DNA from: Gammaproteobacteria bacterium
Lineage (GTDB): Bacteria; Pseudomonadota; Gammaproteobacteria; Ga0077536
Length of the DNA stretch: 64,000 nt
Assembly: GCA_963662545.2 (NCBI GenBank)
Contig: CAXXLL010000002.1
Location: forward strand, 288,001 to 352,000
Direction of reading: 5' to 3'
Below the pieces are notes generated by a model, which had not been told where the DNA came from, made no database searches, and saw only the letters and a list, made by a program, of their open reading frames with translations. Shown here in pieces: positions 37,283 to 47,361 of the stretch. The first letter of the stretch is position 1; the number at the start of each line of letters is the position of its first letter. The translations under genes and the position numbers were made by a program.

Positions 37283-38638
37283 ATGAGCCGAACTATTGTC
37301 GAACGAATGGCCCTTCCGACCGATTTTCCCACCCAAGCCGTGCCGTCGGGGCAGCTCCGCGTCATCATCATCGGTGACTCGCGGTCGGCCATGGCGCGGA
37401 TCCGCCGCATGCTGGCCGAATGCTTTCCCGACGTCGAGGTCACGGAATTCGACCCGGAACAGCAGGGGAAGCCGGGTCCCGATTTCGGTTGGTCGGAATA
37501 CGATGTCGCGTTGATGGATTACCAACTCGGCGTCCACGAGAACGGGCTCGACTGGTTGGAAACCTACCGTAGCTGCCCGGGATTCCCGCCGACGGTATTG
37601 ATGAGTGACGAAGGCGACGAATATATCGCGGCGCGCTCGATCAAACTGGGCGCCTACGATTACATTAAAAAGCAGGATATTACGACCGCGCGGCTGTCCC
37701 AGTTGGTCGGTGCGGCAGTGCATGAAGTTCACGGCCCCTCGTCATCGGATGTGACGCTGCGCGAGGCGCGTGTGTCGCCGCACCTCGCCATTCTGGCACG
37801 GCTCGCGGCGCGTTCCGGCGGGTCTGTAGCGGAGGGCGCCGATGCCGTCGGATATCGTTTCGTTCGCTTGATCGGGCAGGGTGCGAGTTCGAGCGTTTAC
37901 CTCGCTGAGCGTTCCACCGACAGCACAACCCTGGTGTTGAAAGTCATCGATACGGCCGCCATCGCCGACCCGCAGATCGTCGAACGCTTTATCCGCGAAG
38001 CCGAAATCGTAGCGAGCATATCGAGCCCTTACGTGGTGCGTTTCTTTGATCACGGCCTGACCCAGACCTACGGTTACATTGCAATGGAATTCTTCACGCG
38101 CGGCGATCTCAAGCAGCGGATCGAACCCGGTATCGCGTTCAACGATGCCCTGAAATACACTCGGTACATCGCCCGGGGCCTTCACGCTATCCACCAGCAG
38201 GGTATCGTCCATCGTGATCTCAAGCCCGGAAACATTATGTTTCGTGCCGACGACAGTCTCGCGCTCGCAGACTTCGGTATTTCCAAGCGCGACGACCAGC
38301 AGAGCGATCTGACGAATCAGGGCAGCGTGCTCGGCACGCCAAACTATCTCAGCCCCGAGCAGGCGCTGGGGCGCGACGTCGACTACCGCACCGACTTGTA
38401 CAGTGCGGGGGTGGTGCTGTTCGAAATGCTGGCCGGAAGGAAGCCGTTTAGGGCTGACACACCATCAGCACTTGTCTACCAGCATGTCTACGCGGATATT
38501 CCGAACTTGCCCGAGCACGCATCCGCATTCCAGCCGCTTATCAACAGCCTTCTAGCGAAAGACCCGAACGAGCGCATGCCGAGCGCGTACGCTCTGGTCG
38601 CCGCGATCGATCGGCTTCAAAGCAGGCGCGCTGCTTGA
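37283..38638 (+). CDS. Receiver (REC) domain fused to a Hanks-type Ser/Thr protein kinase
   Basis: REC: DVALMDY, GLDWL, GAYDYIKK; kinase: IGQGASSSVY, VLKV, HRDLKPGN, DFG, GTPNYLSPEQ. Confidence 0.88.
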   Translation: MSRTIVERMALPTDFPTQAVPSGQLRVIIIGDSRSAMARIRRMLAECFPDVEVTEFDPEQQGKPGPDFGWSEYDVALMDYQLGVHENGLDWLETYRSCPGFPPTVLMSDEGDEYIAARSIKLGAYDYIKKQDITTARLSQLVGAAVHEVHGPSSSDVTLREARVSPHLAILARLAARSGGSVAEGADAVGYRFVRLIGQGASSSVYLAERSTDSTTLVLKVIDTAAIADPQIVERFIREAEIVASISSPYVVRFFDHGLTQTYGYIAMEFFTRGDLKQRIEPGIAFNDALKYTRYIARGLHAIHQQGIVHRDLKPGNIMFRADDSLALADFGISKRDDQQSDLTNQGSVLGTPNYLSPEQALGRDVDYRTDLYSAGVVLFEMLAGRKPFRADTPSALVYQHVYADIPNLPEHASAFQPLINSLLAKDPNERMPSAYALVAAIDRLQSRRAA

Positions 38639-38746
38639 TCTGAACCGGCGTCATTGACGCCGTCGACTTGAAATCGACCGATCGAGGGACCATTTGGATG
38701 GGGAAACCTCTGTGGCCCGTCGGGTATCGATGCCCGCCGAAAGATC

Positions 38747-41137
38747 ATGACTGACGAAGAACCCGAAGTTCTTATTCCCGAAAACACTGCTGATCAGCCG
38801 GGCAGCGTTCCGGCGCGCTTGAGTGAGGTTCTTCCGGATCGCCTGTTGCTCCTGCCCCTCAAGGCACGGCCTTTCTTCCCCGCGCAGACCATGCCCATCG
38901 TGATCGAAGAAAAGCTCTGGCTCGAGACGATCGATCGGGTCGGTGAAACTCCGCACCAATTCGTCGGGCTGGTCTATGCGCGTCACGAAGGCGACGGCGT
39001 TCCGCGGCCGGAGGATTTCGCAATATTCGGAACCGTCGCGCGCATGCACCACCCGATGCGTGATGCAGGGCGCATTCAGTTCATCGCCGAAGGTATCGAG
39101 CGCTTTCGGATCGCGGAGTGGGTCAGCGTCGACCGCCCTTTCGTCGTGCAGGCGGAGTATCCGCGCGCGCGCCAAGAAAACACCCAGGAGATCCGAGCTT
39201 ACGCGCTGGCCATCATCAACAAGATCAAGGAATTGCTGCCGCTGAACCCCTTGTATAAGGAAAATCTGAAAGGATTCCTGGAACGGTTTACGCCGGACGA
39301 CGCTTCGCCGCTGGCTGACTTTACCGCTGCGATGACCAGCGCCGATGCCGAGCAGCTTCAGGAAATATTGGAGACGGTTCCGTTGGGGCGGCGTATGGAG
39401 AAAGTACTGCTGCTCGTCCAGCACGAACTCGAGATCGCCGGCTTGCAGACCGAGATTCAAAAGCGTGTCGAACAGCGGATTTCGGAGCAGCAGCGTGAAT
39501 TTTTTCTGCGCGAGCAACTCAAGGAAATCCAGAAGGAACTCGGCCTGTCCAAGGATGACAAGACGCTGGAACTCGAACGTTTCCGGGAGCGCTTGGAAGG
39601 GCGCGAAGTTCCGGAAGATGCGCAGAAACGCATCGACGGTGAAATGCAGAAATTATCACTTCTGGAGCCGGGATCCCCGGAATACGGCGTGACGCGGAAC
39701 TATCTGGACACGCTGACCGGTCTGCCATGGGGCGTGCACTCCGCTGACCACATCGATCTTGAAAGGGCGCGACGCGTTCTCGACCGCGACCATGCGGGGC
39801 TCGACGACGTCAAGAACCGCATTATCGAGTTTCTGGCCGTGGGCAAGTTGAAAGGCGAAATCGCGGGTTCGATCCTGTTACTGGTTGGACCTCCCGGGGT
39901 GGGGAAAACGTCGGTTGGAAAATCGGTGGCTGCCGCGCTTGGCCGCGAGTTCTATCGGTTCAGCGTTGGCGGAATGCGCGACGAGGCCGAGATAAAGGGC
40001 CACCGGCGCACTTACATCGGCGCCATGCCCGGCAAGTTCATCCAGGCGATTCGCGAAACCGGCGTGGCGAATCCGGTCATCATGCTCGACGAGATCGACA
40101 AGATAGGTGCCTCTTATCAAGGCGATCCCGCATCCGCGCTGCTCGAAGTGTTGGACCCCGAGCAAAACGCCGGCTTTCTCGATCATTACCTCGATGTCCG
40201 CTTCGATCTGTCCAAGGTGCTTTTCATATGCACCGCTAACCAGCTCGACTCTATTCCGCGTCCCTTGCTGGACCGCATGGAAACACTGCGGCTGTCCGGT
40301 TATCTCACGGCGGAAAAAATAGCCATCGGCCGCCGGTTTCTCTGGCCCAAGCAGCGTGCGAAAGCGGGGTTGACCGCCGCCCAGGCCAAGGTCAGCGACG
40401 GCGCATTAAAGGGTATCGTCGAGAACTATGCCCGCGAGGCCGGTGTCAGGGGCCTCGAGAAGCAGTTGGGCCGGATTGCGCGCAAGGCCGTGATGGAAAC
40501 CCTGCGCAAGGACTCGAAACCGATCTCCGTAACGGGGAAGAACCTGCAGGAATTCCTGGGCGCACCGATTTTCCGCAAACAGGTTCCCCAGCGCGGCGTC
40601 GGTATCGTGACGGGGCTTGCCTGGACCGCCATGGGCGGCGTCACGCTTGACGTGGAAGCAACACTGGTCCACACCAAGAACCGGGGCTTTAAGCTGACCG
40701 GGCAGCTCGGCGAGGTCATGCGCGAGTCGGCCGAAATCGCCTACAGCTACATCGCGTCAAAGCTGGCACGCTTTGATGGCAATCCGGAATTTTTCGACCA
40801 GGCCTTCGTGCACCTGCACGTCCCGGAAGGCGCAACCCCGAAAGACGGTCCGAGCGCCGGAATCACCATGGCGACGGCGCTGTTATCGCTGGCGCGGGAT
40901 CAGAAACTACGCGGTCAGGTAGCGATGACGGGCGAAATCACCTTGACGGGACGCGTGCTGGCGGTCGGTGGGATCCGGGAAAAAATCATTGCGGCGCGCC
41001 GCTCGGGCATCAAGGAAATCATCCTACCTGAAGCCGTTCGCGGTGAGTTCGAGGAACTGCCTGAATACGTCCACAAGGGCATGACGATTAACTTCGTCTC
41101 GCGATATGAGGAGGTCGCTGCGCTCGTATTCAAGTGA
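38747..41137 (+). CDS. lon: ATP-dependent protease La (stand-alone copy, not in clpPX-lon-hupB context)
   Basis: GPPGVGKTS, GHRRTYIGAMPG, LDEIDK, KDGPSAG catalytic Ser, GGIREK. Confidence 0.95.
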   Translation: MTDEEPEVLIPENTADQPGSVPARLSEVLPDRLLLLPLKARPFFPAQTMPIVIEEKLWLETIDRVGETPHQFVGLVYARHEGDGVPRPEDFAIFGTVARMHHPMRDAGRIQFIAEGIERFRIAEWVSVDRPFVVQAEYPRARQENTQEIRAYALAIINKIKELLPLNPLYKENLKGFLERFTPDDASPLADFTAAMTSADAEQLQEILETVPLGRRMEKVLLLVQHELEIAGLQTEIQKRVEQRISEQQREFFLREQLKEIQKELGLSKDDKTLELERFRERLEGREVPEDAQKRIDGEMQKLSLLEPGSPEYGVTRNYLDTLTGLPWGVHSADHIDLERARRVLDRDHAGLDDVKNRIIEFLAVGKLKGEIAGSILLLVGPPGVGKTSVGKSVAAALGREFYRFSVGGMRDEAEIKGHRRTYIGAMPGKFIQAIRETGVANPVIMLDEIDKIGASYQGDPASALLEVLDPEQNAGFLDHYLDVRFDLSKVLFICTANQLDSIPRPLLDRMETLRLSGYLTAEKIAIGRRFLWPKQRAKAGLTAAQAKVSDGALKGIVENYAREAGVRGLEKQLGRIARKAVMETLRKDSKPISVTGKNLQEFLGAPIFRKQVPQRGVGIVTGLAWTAMGGVTLDVEATLVHTKNRGFKLTGQLGEVMRESAEIAYSYIASKLARFDGNPEFFDQAFVHLHVPEGATPKDGPSAGITMATALLSLARDQKLRGQVAMTGEITLTGRVLAVGGIREKIIAARRSGIKEIILPEAVRGEFEELPEYVHKGMTINFVSRYEEVAALVFK

Positions 41138-41179
41138 AAATTTGCGACCTCTGTGGGTACCTATATGCTCCACTACCAG

Positions 41180-42493
41180 CTAGCGGTCTCGCCAACCTAT
41201 GATGGCGCGGGAACGTTCACCGAATTCGGGCATCGCTGCGATACCAGCCAGCATTGCCGCGATGATCAGGATGCCAACGACCAGAAACACACCCGGGATC
41301 GGTACACCGAGGCCGTAAAGACCCATCGTGAACAGAGCCGAAACGACCATGAACAATGCATTGCTGACGTTGAGCGCGGCGACCATACGCGCGCAGCGCG
41401 GTCCTGCAACGCGCGCCTGCAGAGATGCATAAAGCGGCACGATGAAGAGTGCGCCGCAGGCACCGATCAAGCATAGATCGACGAACGTTCGGACCGCGGG
41501 TCCGTAGAAGAAGAAAGTGCTCAGGCTCAGCGCATCGGATGATGCTTTTGGAGTTCCGGCAAGAAAAACATCGAATGAGGCCAGAGCCAGGCCCAAAGCC
41601 GCTGGCGGTACGAGGCCGAGTTCGATGCGAGCGCGCGAAAAACGTTCGCACAGCAGAGAGCCCGTGCCAATGCCTACCGTGAATGCGGCGCTGAGCAGGG
41701 TCACCGCTTGCGCGTCGGCATTCAGTAACTCCTTTCCGAAGGTCGGCACCATGCTTAGATAAGTTGCGCCAACGAACCAGAATCCGGAAATCAAAAGGAT
41801 GATGGTCAAGACATCGCGATCGTCCGCCGCATCGCGCAGGATCCGCACGGTCGAACGGACGGGATTCAAATCGATCCGCATCCCGGCCGCGCTCGGCGCC
41901 GCCGGTGGGATGTACCCCGCCGACAGACGGCCCAGTATCGCGAGCACCATGACCGCGACGATGACCAGCCCCGGTCCTAGATCGTCCACGCTGGCTAACA
42001 TACCCCCACATACGCCGCCGAGGAGGATCGCGACGTAGGTGCCCATTTGGATCAGCCCGTTGCCCCCCGTCAATTCGGTCTCTTTGAGATGCTGGGGCAG
42101 GATCGCGTATTTAAGCGGACCGAAGAAAGTGGATTGGGCGCCCATGAGGAATAGCACGGTTAGCAGGAAGTAGAGATCTTCCAGCCAAAATCCGGCAGCA
42201 CCCAGACCCATGACGAAAATTTCCGTTGTCTTGATGCGTCGAATGAGGCGAGATTTTTCGTATCTGTCCGCGATCTGGCCGGCCAGGGCGGAGAACAAGA
42301 AAAATGGCAGTATGAAAATCCCGCCGGTCAGGACCACCAGCATGCGCGTATCCATGCCCGTTCGCTCGGCAACGGTAAAGGTCACGAAGATTATCAGCGC
42401 GAAGCGGAAGACGTTGTCGTTAAATGCCCCGAAGAATTGCGTGTAAAACAAAGGTGCGAACCGGTCGGAACGCAACAGCTCGTACTGGCTCAT
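41180..42493 (-). CDS. MFS transporter (LplT/Aas-associated type)
   Basis: TQFFGAFNDN, FILPFFLFSALAGQIAD, FGPLKYAILPQ, IVPLYA. Confidence 0.85.
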   Translation of the reverse strand: MSQYELLRSDRFAPLFYTQFFGAFNDNVFRFALIIFVTFTVAERTGMDTRMLVVLTGGIFILPFFLFSALAGQIADRYEKSRLIRRIKTTEIFVMGLGAAGFWLEDLYFLLTVLFLMGAQSTFFGPLKYAILPQHLKETELTGGNGLIQMGTYVAILLGGVCGGMLASVDDLGPGLVIVAVMVLAILGRLSAGYIPPAAPSAAGMRIDLNPVRSTVRILRDAADDRDVLTIILLISGFWFVGATYLSMVPTFGKELLNADAQAVTLLSAAFTVGIGTGSLLCERFSRARIELGLVPPAALGLALASFDVFLAGTPKASSDALSLSTFFFYGPAVRTFVDLCLIGACGALFIVPLYASLQARVAGPRCARMVAALNVSNALFMVVSALFTMGLYGLGVPIPGVFLVVGILIIAAMLAGIAAMPEFGERSRAIIGWRDR

Positions 42494-42584
42494 CGATCGC
42501 GGCCGGAATTCGCGGGCCGGCGCCACGCCATTAGCGTTTCTTGCCGGGTGATTGTGAGATACTCATTAAGGGGCTTAAGACGCA

Positions 42585-44036
42585 ATGTCGATAGTAACCG
42601 AACTCGACCTTCTCAAATACCGCCGCACAAAGATCGTCGCGACTATTGGACCGGCGTCGAACACGGAGGACGTCGTCGCCGATCTGATCAGCGCCGGGGT
42701 TAATGTTTTTCGCGTCAACATGTCCCACGGCAACCATGAGGGACACGCCGAAGCGATCAAGCTGATTCGCCGTGTAGCGAAAACACAGGGGTCACACACC
42801 GCAATACTCGCCGATCTCTGCGGCCCGAAGATCCGTACCGGTAAGTTCCATAATGGTGTCGCCCAGCTCCTAGCGGGCAGTGAAGTGACGGTTACTACGG
42901 CCGAGGTCATGGGCGATGAGACGGTTATCCCTTGTCAATATGAGGCGTTGCCGGATGACGTGAAACCTGGGGATCGCTTTTTATTGAACGATGGTGCGTG
43001 CGAGTTGCGCGTGTTGTCGATCGAGGGCGGCGATGTGCGCTGTACGGTCCTTGCCGGAGGCCCCGTGGGTGATCACAAGGGCATCAATCTGCCGGGCACC
43101 GCGGTCTCTGCACCATCTCTCACGGACAAGGATCGCATCGATGCAGCGTTTGCGCTCAAAATGGAGGTCGACTTTCTGGCGCTGTCGTTCGTGCGTACCG
43201 GCGCGGATATTTCGATGCTCCGCGAAATCGTCGAGGCGGCGGGATCCCCGGCCGGCATCGTCGCCAAGATAGAGAAACCCGAGGCGCTGACTAACAGCGA
43301 GGACATCATTCACCGGTCTGATGCCATCATGGTCGCGCGCGGCGATCTCGGCGTTGAACTCAATCCGGAACTCGTTCCGCTCGCGCAGGCGCAATTGATC
43401 AGCCGTGCCCGCGCGCTCAACAAACCCGTAATCGTCGCGACTCAAATGCTGGAATCGATGATCACCAGTGCGCGGCCGACCCGCGCGGAAGTTTCCGATG
43501 TATCCCATGCCGTGGCGAACGGCGCGGACGCGATCATGCTGTCCGGTGAATCCGCGGTCGGCCAATTCCCCGTCGAGGCGGTCGAAATGATGGATCGCGT
43601 CGCACGGCAGACCGAGTCCTACCACTGGCACGCCGATTTGGAATATCCGGGCGCCGTTACGGATGACCGCGAGCGCCTGCCATTCGGTGATGCCATCGCT
43701 GATGCGACCGCCAAGCTGGTCGACGACATGAACGCCCGCGCTGTCATCGTGATTTCGATGCAGGGTACGACCGCCGCCACGATCAGCGCCGCGCGACCGG
43801 CCGCGCCGGCGGTCGCTATCTCCAACGATGCGCGGACCTGCCGACGGATGAACCTGATGTGGGGAATGATTCCGCATTTCGAGGACTCGGCGGGTGCCGA
43901 AAATCCAAATCAAATCGCGCGTCGCGTGGTGAGGGAACTCGATCTTGGTCGTGCCGGTGATTACGTCGTCATGGTGCGCGGCTTCCATGCTGATCCACAG
44001 TGGAATACGCCGTCGATCACGCTGCTGCAGGTCTAA
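42585..44036 (+). CDS. pyk: Pyruvate kinase
   Basis: RRTKIVATIGPAS, FRVNMSHG, AKIEKPEA, MVARGDLG, ATQMLESM, DAIMLSGESA. Confidence 0.97.
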   Translation: MSIVTELDLLKYRRTKIVATIGPASNTEDVVADLISAGVNVFRVNMSHGNHEGHAEAIKLIRRVAKTQGSHTAILADLCGPKIRTGKFHNGVAQLLAGSEVTVTTAEVMGDETVIPCQYEALPDDVKPGDRFLLNDGACELRVLSIEGGDVRCTVLAGGPVGDHKGINLPGTAVSAPSLTDKDRIDAAFALKMEVDFLALSFVRTGADISMLREIVEAAGSPAGIVAKIEKPEALTNSEDIIHRSDAIMVARGDLGVELNPELVPLAQAQLISRARALNKPVIVATQMLESMITSARPTRAEVSDVSHAVANGADAIMLSGESAVGQFPVEAVEMMDRVARQTESYHWHADLEYPGAVTDDRERLPFGDAIADATAKLVDDMNARAVIVISMQGTTAATISAARPAAPAVAISNDARTCRRMNLMWGMIPHFEDSAGAENPNQIARRVVRELDLGRAGDYVVMVRGFHADPQWNTPSITLLQV

Positions 44037-44041
44037 TCGTC

Positions 44042-45703
44042 ATGTCGAGAATCGTCGCCGCCTTGCTCCTTGCTATTGCGCTGGTCCCGTCCGCCGCGAC
44101 CGAGACGATGCTGCTCGATCAGGGGTGGAACGATCATGACCGCGCTTGGTTTTATCACGTCAACCAGGGTTCCCGCCTGCTTTCTTATGGGGTGTTCATG
44201 GCGCTGGAAGCGGTGGATGGTCGAGGCTTGTTCCGCAGCGATGCCAATCTGCGCCGCTACGGCTATATCCCCGCACCGCCCACACAATACAACCCCGACG
44301 GGCTACCCATCGGCTTCGCACGCGATCGCGATTACGTGGGCCTGACCTGTGCGGCCTGCCACACCAGTGAGTTTGAATACGGGGGCGTGCGTGTTCGCAT
44401 CGAGGGCGGACAAGCGCACATCGATCTTCAATCGATGCTCGACGATTTGGAACGTGCGCTCGCCGCCACGCTCGAAGACACTAAGCGGTTAGTGCATTTT
44501 CAGCAACGCCTAAAAGTGAATGGCACTCCGGGCAATGCGAAAGCCCTGCTGGAACAGACTTTCGCAGCGCGCCGTGATGAAAATATGCGGAACCATACCG
44601 AGCTTCGATTCGGTTATGCCCGGCTCGATGCTTTCGGTGCGATCCTCAATAAGGGGCTGGCGCTTACCGGTGTCGATGGGAATCACAATCCGCTGAATGC
44701 GCCGACCAGCTACCCTTATATATGGGACACGCCGCACCACGACTGGGTCGAGTGGAACGGATCGTCATCGAATCCGTTAGAGGGGGCGTTGGCCCGTAAC
44801 GTGGGCGAGGTCATCGGCGTTTACGGCCACGTCGACGTCGAACGCCGTAAGCTATTCGGGCTGATCGACCGCGGCTATTCGTCCTCGGTGCGCTTACGCG
44901 CCCTCAGACGCATTGAAAAGCACGTGGTCCGCTTGCAGTCGCCCGTCTGGCCGGAGACCGTTTTGCCGCGCATCGATAGCGATCTCGCTGGACGAGGCAA
45001 GCCCTTATATGACACGTATTGCGGTGCGTGCCATCTGCCGATTGATCGCACGGACGCGGCTCGCAAGATCAAGGTGAGAATGAGCAGTCTCGAGCGGGCG
45101 GGTACGGACCCCGCGATGGCGCGCAATGCCATCGAACGACTCGGGCGTTCCGGGCGGTTCGAGGGGGAGCTTCGTTTCTATCTCGGTGGCGATACCCTGG
45201 CTGCGGAAGCGCCGGCGCTTTATATCGTCAATCATGTCATGGCTGGCGTGCTTAGCCACGGAATCGACCAGGTGTTGCTGGCGCAGCGCGACGCCCGCTT
45301 GATGGGACATGGCCCGGAACGACACCCGCGGAAATATCTCGACGGCGAACTCATGGAGGCGGGTACCGAAACCACGGTCGAAGCACTGCTCGCCTACAAG
45401 GCGCGCCCCCTGAACGGTGTCTGGGCAACCGCACCTTATCTGCATAACGGTTCCATTCCGAACCTCGAGGAAATGTTATTGCCCGCTGCACAGCGCGCGA
45501 AGAAATTCCTCCTCGGACGCTGGCTCTTCGACCCCGCTAAAGTTGGGTATACACAACAACTCAGTAAAGGTTACTTCCTGTATGACACCAGTCTGCCCGG
45601 CAACAGCAATGCCGGGCATGAATATGGCACGGGCAAGGACGGCAGCCCGGCGCTCGATCAGGGCCAACGTAAAGCGCTGCTCGAATACCTCAAGACGCTG
45701 TAG
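44042..45703 (+). CDS. Exported di-heme c protein (RoxA-like / di-heme cytochrome c peroxidase superfamily)
   Basis: Signal peptide; CAACH and CGACH; YKARPLNGVWATAPYLHNGS; GNSNAGH; LLEYLKTL. Confidence 0.85.
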   Translation: MSRIVAALLLAIALVPSAATETMLLDQGWNDHDRAWFYHVNQGSRLLSYGVFMALEAVDGRGLFRSDANLRRYGYIPAPPTQYNPDGLPIGFARDRDYVGLTCAACHTSEFEYGGVRVRIEGGQAHIDLQSMLDDLERALAATLEDTKRLVHFQQRLKVNGTPGNAKALLEQTFAARRDENMRNHTELRFGYARLDAFGAILNKGLALTGVDGNHNPLNAPTSYPYIWDTPHHDWVEWNGSSSNPLEGALARNVGEVIGVYGHVDVERRKLFGLIDRGYSSSVRLRALRRIEKHVVRLQSPVWPETVLPRIDSDLAGRGKPLYDTYCGACHLPIDRTDAARKIKVRMSSLERAGTDPAMARNAIERLGRSGRFEGELRFYLGGDTLAAEAPALYIVNHVMAGVLSHGIDQVLLAQRDARLMGHGPERHPRKYLDGELMEAGTETTVEALLAYKARPLNGVWATAPYLHNGSIPNLEEMLLPAAQRAKKFLLGRWLFDPAKVGYTQQLSKGYFLYDTSLPGNSNAGHEYGTGKDGSPALDQGQRKALLEYLKTL

Positions 45704-45892
45704 GGGAAAATTCCAATCTGAAATCCGAGTCACATACGGCCTGTCGATCCAACGAACATCCGACGCCAAACACTGATTTCGAAAAAGTCCCGAGGCCTAT
45801 GAACAGGGTCCAATAAAGACTTGCGGGAATCTAAGATTTCGGGGTAAGCCCGGCTGCGGCTGGAGCGGGTATTCGCCCAGGGTCAATCCGGC

Positions 45893-47344
45893 TCATTCGA
45901 CGCGCAAACTCAGCCGCGGCTGTTCCAGCAGCAGGAACAATACGTTGTCCGCGAATGCCGGGTCTTCAGTCAATCCCAGGTGATCGCTGAAAAGGAACTG
46001 CACGCCGCTCCAGGCAATCGGCGACTGTAGCATTCCGCGCCGCATCGTCCCGGCCCGCTCGTCGAGTAATGCACTGCTGCGCAGTACGCTGCCATCGCCC
46101 GGACCCGTCGTGCGTATGGACAACTCGCCGGTCGACACGTCGACTTCGGCCTGGGCGTTGGTTTCGGCGGCGTCGCCCGCGACCAGGTGCAGGGAGAGGC
46201 CGGGCGGCGGCACCGCTGGCGCATCCATGGCCTGGTGAAAGTGCACGGCGCGCGCGAGCGATTTCTGCAGGTGATCGCGCGCGATCGCGAGGCGCTGGTC
46301 GCGTTTCAGCACGCCCGGCAGTAGGACCTTCAGGATCTCATCCTGATCCGGATCGACCAGGCCCCATTTCATACGGATCCAGAGTTCGGGATCGGTGATG
46401 TCCAGGGGCGTTTCGGGATCGGCGCTGTCGACCAGGGGCCGATGCCTTGTACGCGGTATGAGTTGATAGATCGCGGGCATGGTGCCGAGTATCGCGGCGT
46501 CGTAGCTCGGCAGGCTGGGCAGCAAGTGCACGCCCTCCACCAGATGTTTGAAGCTGTCGACCGATCCCGCGCTGGGCGTGCCGATGAAAATCACGCGTTC
46601 GACGTGGCGCGCGCCTGCCCAGGTCAATTCGGGCAGCGAGCCGTCCGCGGGCAGATCCTGGGTTCCGTAGCGCAGGTAGTAGCGGGCCACGAGGCCGCCC
46701 ATCGAGTGCGCGACGATGTCGAATTTGACTTCGTGGTCGGCAATGCCGAACCGGCGCTCGGTTTCGCGCTTTACGTAGGCCTGCTTCTCGATGATGTAGT
46801 CGTGGAGTTTTTTGGCGCTTTCCACCAGGTCGCGGCGCCAGTCATAGGCGAACTGGAAACAGGTATAGTGACGGTCGCCGTAATCGACGGCGTTCGCCTC
46901 CCCGATTTCTTCGTCACGGTAGCCCCCGACCCCCAGGGTTTTCAGAATCCGGTGATACGCCTTGAGTTCTACGCTGAGACCGAGGAAAGAGACCTTGATG
47001 CGGTCGAGCGCCCCTTCCGCAGTCAGGTTGTCAGTGAGTTCCGCCAACGAGGCGCCGATGGTCATCGGCAGCGCCAGCAGTCGTACCTCTTCGGGATCGG
47101 TCGGTTTGGCGAAGCCGGCGCCCCAGGCGCCCCAGACAACCTTGCCGTCCTCCACCGTGGTCAGCCGGGAGCCGAGTATGCCCGGGATCAGGATGACCGG
47201 ATTGCGTTCCGGCGATTCGTTCATCGCGAGTTCGCTGTAGAGGAAACCCAGGTCCGGCGAGGTGACTTCGGATTCGCAGCCGGGTAGCAAGGCGGCGCAT
47301 GCGAGGACGAGAAAGCGACGGATAGGGCGGTGAAGATAGATCAT
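45893..47344 (-). CDS. Alpha/beta-hydrolase lipase/acyltransferase (LCAT-like), probable lipoprotein
   Basis: Lipobox LPGC; IPGILGS, FAYDWRR, AHSMGG, GTPSAGS, GDGSV. Confidence 0.85.
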   Translation of the reverse strand: MIYLHRPIRRFLVLACAALLPGCESEVTSPDLGFLYSELAMNESPERNPVILIPGILGSRLTTVEDGKVVWGAWGAGFAKPTDPEEVRLLALPMTIGASLAELTDNLTAEGALDRIKVSFLGLSVELKAYHRILKTLGVGGYRDEEIGEANAVDYGDRHYTCFQFAYDWRRDLVESAKKLHDYIIEKQAYVKRETERRFGIADHEVKFDIVAHSMGGLVARYYLRYGTQDLPADGSLPELTWAGARHVERVIFIGTPSAGSVDSFKHLVEGVHLLPSLPSYDAAILGTMPAIYQLIPRTRHRPLVDSADPETPLDITDPELWIRMKWGLVDPDQDEILKVLLPGVLKRDQRLAIARDHLQKSLARAVHFHQAMDAPAVPPPGLSLHLVAGDAAETNAQAEVDVSTGELSIRTTGPGDGSVLRSSALLDERAGTMRRGMLQSPIAWSGVQFLFSDHLGLTEDPAFADNVLFLLLEQPRLSLRVE

Positions 47345-47361
47345 CGGCCGGAACACCTCGG

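Noticed and set aside
42981-43988. Long antisense ORFs (also 3416-4192, 7243-8196, 17750-18502, 38651-39517, 46442-47287, 56667-57311)
   Set aside because: Shadow frames opposite well-supported genes, expected in GC-rich DNA; no recognisable motifs.
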